A stretch of 63,035 nt of DNA, counting the filler, from Intoshia linei (lineage: Eukaryota > Animalia > Orthonectida): assembly GCA_001642005.1 (NCBI GenBank). It is 5 parts of 5 records of this genome, joined end to end, with 100 filler letters (N's around TTAATTAATTAA, not from the genome) between each part and the next. Parts side by side here need not be neighbours in the genome. Positions count along the whole stretch, not along the records: positions 60,806 to 63,035 come from LWCA01002363.1; 4 more parts are not named here. One strand, written 5' to 3'. The stretch's first letter is position 1; every line of letters begins with the position of its first letter. Below the pieces are notes generated by a model that searched no databases, was not told the origin of the DNA, and saw nothing but the letters and a program-made list of their open reading frames with translations. The position numbers were made by a program, and so were the translations under genes. Shown one piece after another: positions 61,538-63,035 of the stretch.

Positions 61538-63035
61538 TCCATGAGTGACCGATGACTACATATGTAGTCATCCATGTTTCATATTGTACTTCGAAAAATA
61601 CTTGATGGAATAGAGCAAGTAGATATTTTTCTTATAGCCAAGAATATAGCTTATCTTTAGACATCTTAAATTTCAGATTTAGTGATTGATAACATGTTGA
61701 TATTGCGGTTTAAATCATTGCCTATTGACAACAAAAATAATAATTTTCTGATTCATTTTAAGTGATTAAATTAATTAAATCAGCCTAAAATTCTGCTCGA
61801 GTAATGATCGCCATGAATTCATGTTATTCATATTTTTGAAAATTTGAAAATTTCATGGATATTATGTTAGTTATATAGACATTTATACATAACTACATAT
61901 GTAGTCATTGGCCGCTAACCGGCAAACAAGTTTAATATGATAATTTTATCTAGAAATTGACTAACTAATCATATTTATGTGTATTAATTAATTTAATTAA
62001 GTGAAAACATAAATATTTTATTAATCTATATTCAGTTTCTAAGTAGATTTTAATATTAATCTGTATTTTAAAGAACAACATATTAGACTGAATAAAATTT
62101 AATAAGTTTATTTTATTTTAATTATAAATTATTAACCTTTGACAGCATGCCTCGTTTTAACACTTTAAATGATGCTATTGAAAATGTAGACCCAGATTTA
62201 TTAACTGATATAATAATGGTTGGTCCACCACAAGGAAGTTATGATTCTGATTTAGAAGAAATTGAAGAATGCAATTTACTCGAAGACAGTATTCTAAATG
62301 ATGTGACTGGGCAATTGGAGATACTAGATGATGAATTAGAATACGTTGAACAAATAGTATCAAAATTAAGAAGGAAAGATTGGAATCTTAAGATAATGAA
62401 AAAATTTAAAATTGGACATTTAAACGGTATTTTAGATTCACATCCAAATTTAGTAAAATTTAATGAGTTTGATATATTTATGGATGGTTTTAAATCCATA
62501 CTGCAAGTTTTTGTTAAGGAAACGAATAGATATGCAAAACAAAAAAATAGACAAAACTTTAAAACTAATTTATCAGAATTACTAAATTTTTTCGGTCTGA
62601 TTTTATTGATCGGTAGAATCAAAGGCCATCTGAACAACTATATTTTTCAAAGGGAACTGACATGGAATGTCCTATTTTTGGACGAACAATGTCTAAAACT
62701 AGATTTTGGATATAAAAAGGAATTTACATTTTGTTGATAACAATCATCTTTTAACAAATAAAATGGCAAAAATCAAAATTTTGTATGATATGGTAAATGA
62801 AGTATTGATGAAATACGGATTGTTTCATAAAGATTTGGTATGGTGCCATATTTTGGAAACCACAGTTGTAAACAATTCATTAGAGGAAAGTCTATAAAAT
62901 TTGGATGATTACTAGTTCAAATGGTATACCATACCTTATATCCATTTATCAGGGAGCCGAAAAAAAATAATGCACCATTATGAACAAGAGTTGTCAATAA
63001 ATTATTGACTGAAATTAAAAAAAAGTCGAAACCGA
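61538..63035 (+). mobile_element. piggyBac transposon (PGBD2/3-like), frameshifted transposase from 62147, truncated by the window end
   Basis: TTAA followed by a TIR-like left end. The transposase has an acidic N-terminus (PP..DSDLEE), VKETNRYAKQKN, ELLNFFGLILLIG, IKRNLHFVDN, KMAKI and PYFGNHSCKQFIRGK in shifting frames. Confidence 0.88.

Overview
This is very AT-rich, intron-containing eukaryotic DNA, probably from a ciliated invertebrate. Many introns are only ~35-50 nt. The DNA is densely filled with DNA transposons (hAT elements and MITEs, a non-autonomous Helitron family, piggyBac, a mariner relic), and four artificial N-TTAATTAATTAA-N linkers separate the contigs. Recognisable genes are the 3' part of an ALG9-like mannosyltransferase, ferrochelatase (5' end missing), CFAP119/CCDC189, an ADAM10/Kuzbanian-like metalloprotease, Vps39/Vam6 and the 3' part of Rae1. 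The stand-out feature lies in the ORF-poor region at 7.0-25.9 kb. A signal-peptide exon and several symmetric phase-1 small exons are followed by an array of about 46 plus-strand AG|NNN|GT(AA) units, i.e. putative 3-nt micro-exons, usually 60-130 nt apart. Joined in phase 1 they give a stop-free, strongly hydrophobic peptide (IMVYDCVATFIVIVIVFTAFKTFADIGCQVLGLILLMPLLVVNVVY); phases 0 and 2 contain stops. This suggests an extreme 'one exon per codon' micro-exon gene. All calls are by-eye reading and translation, with no database search or RNA evidence.
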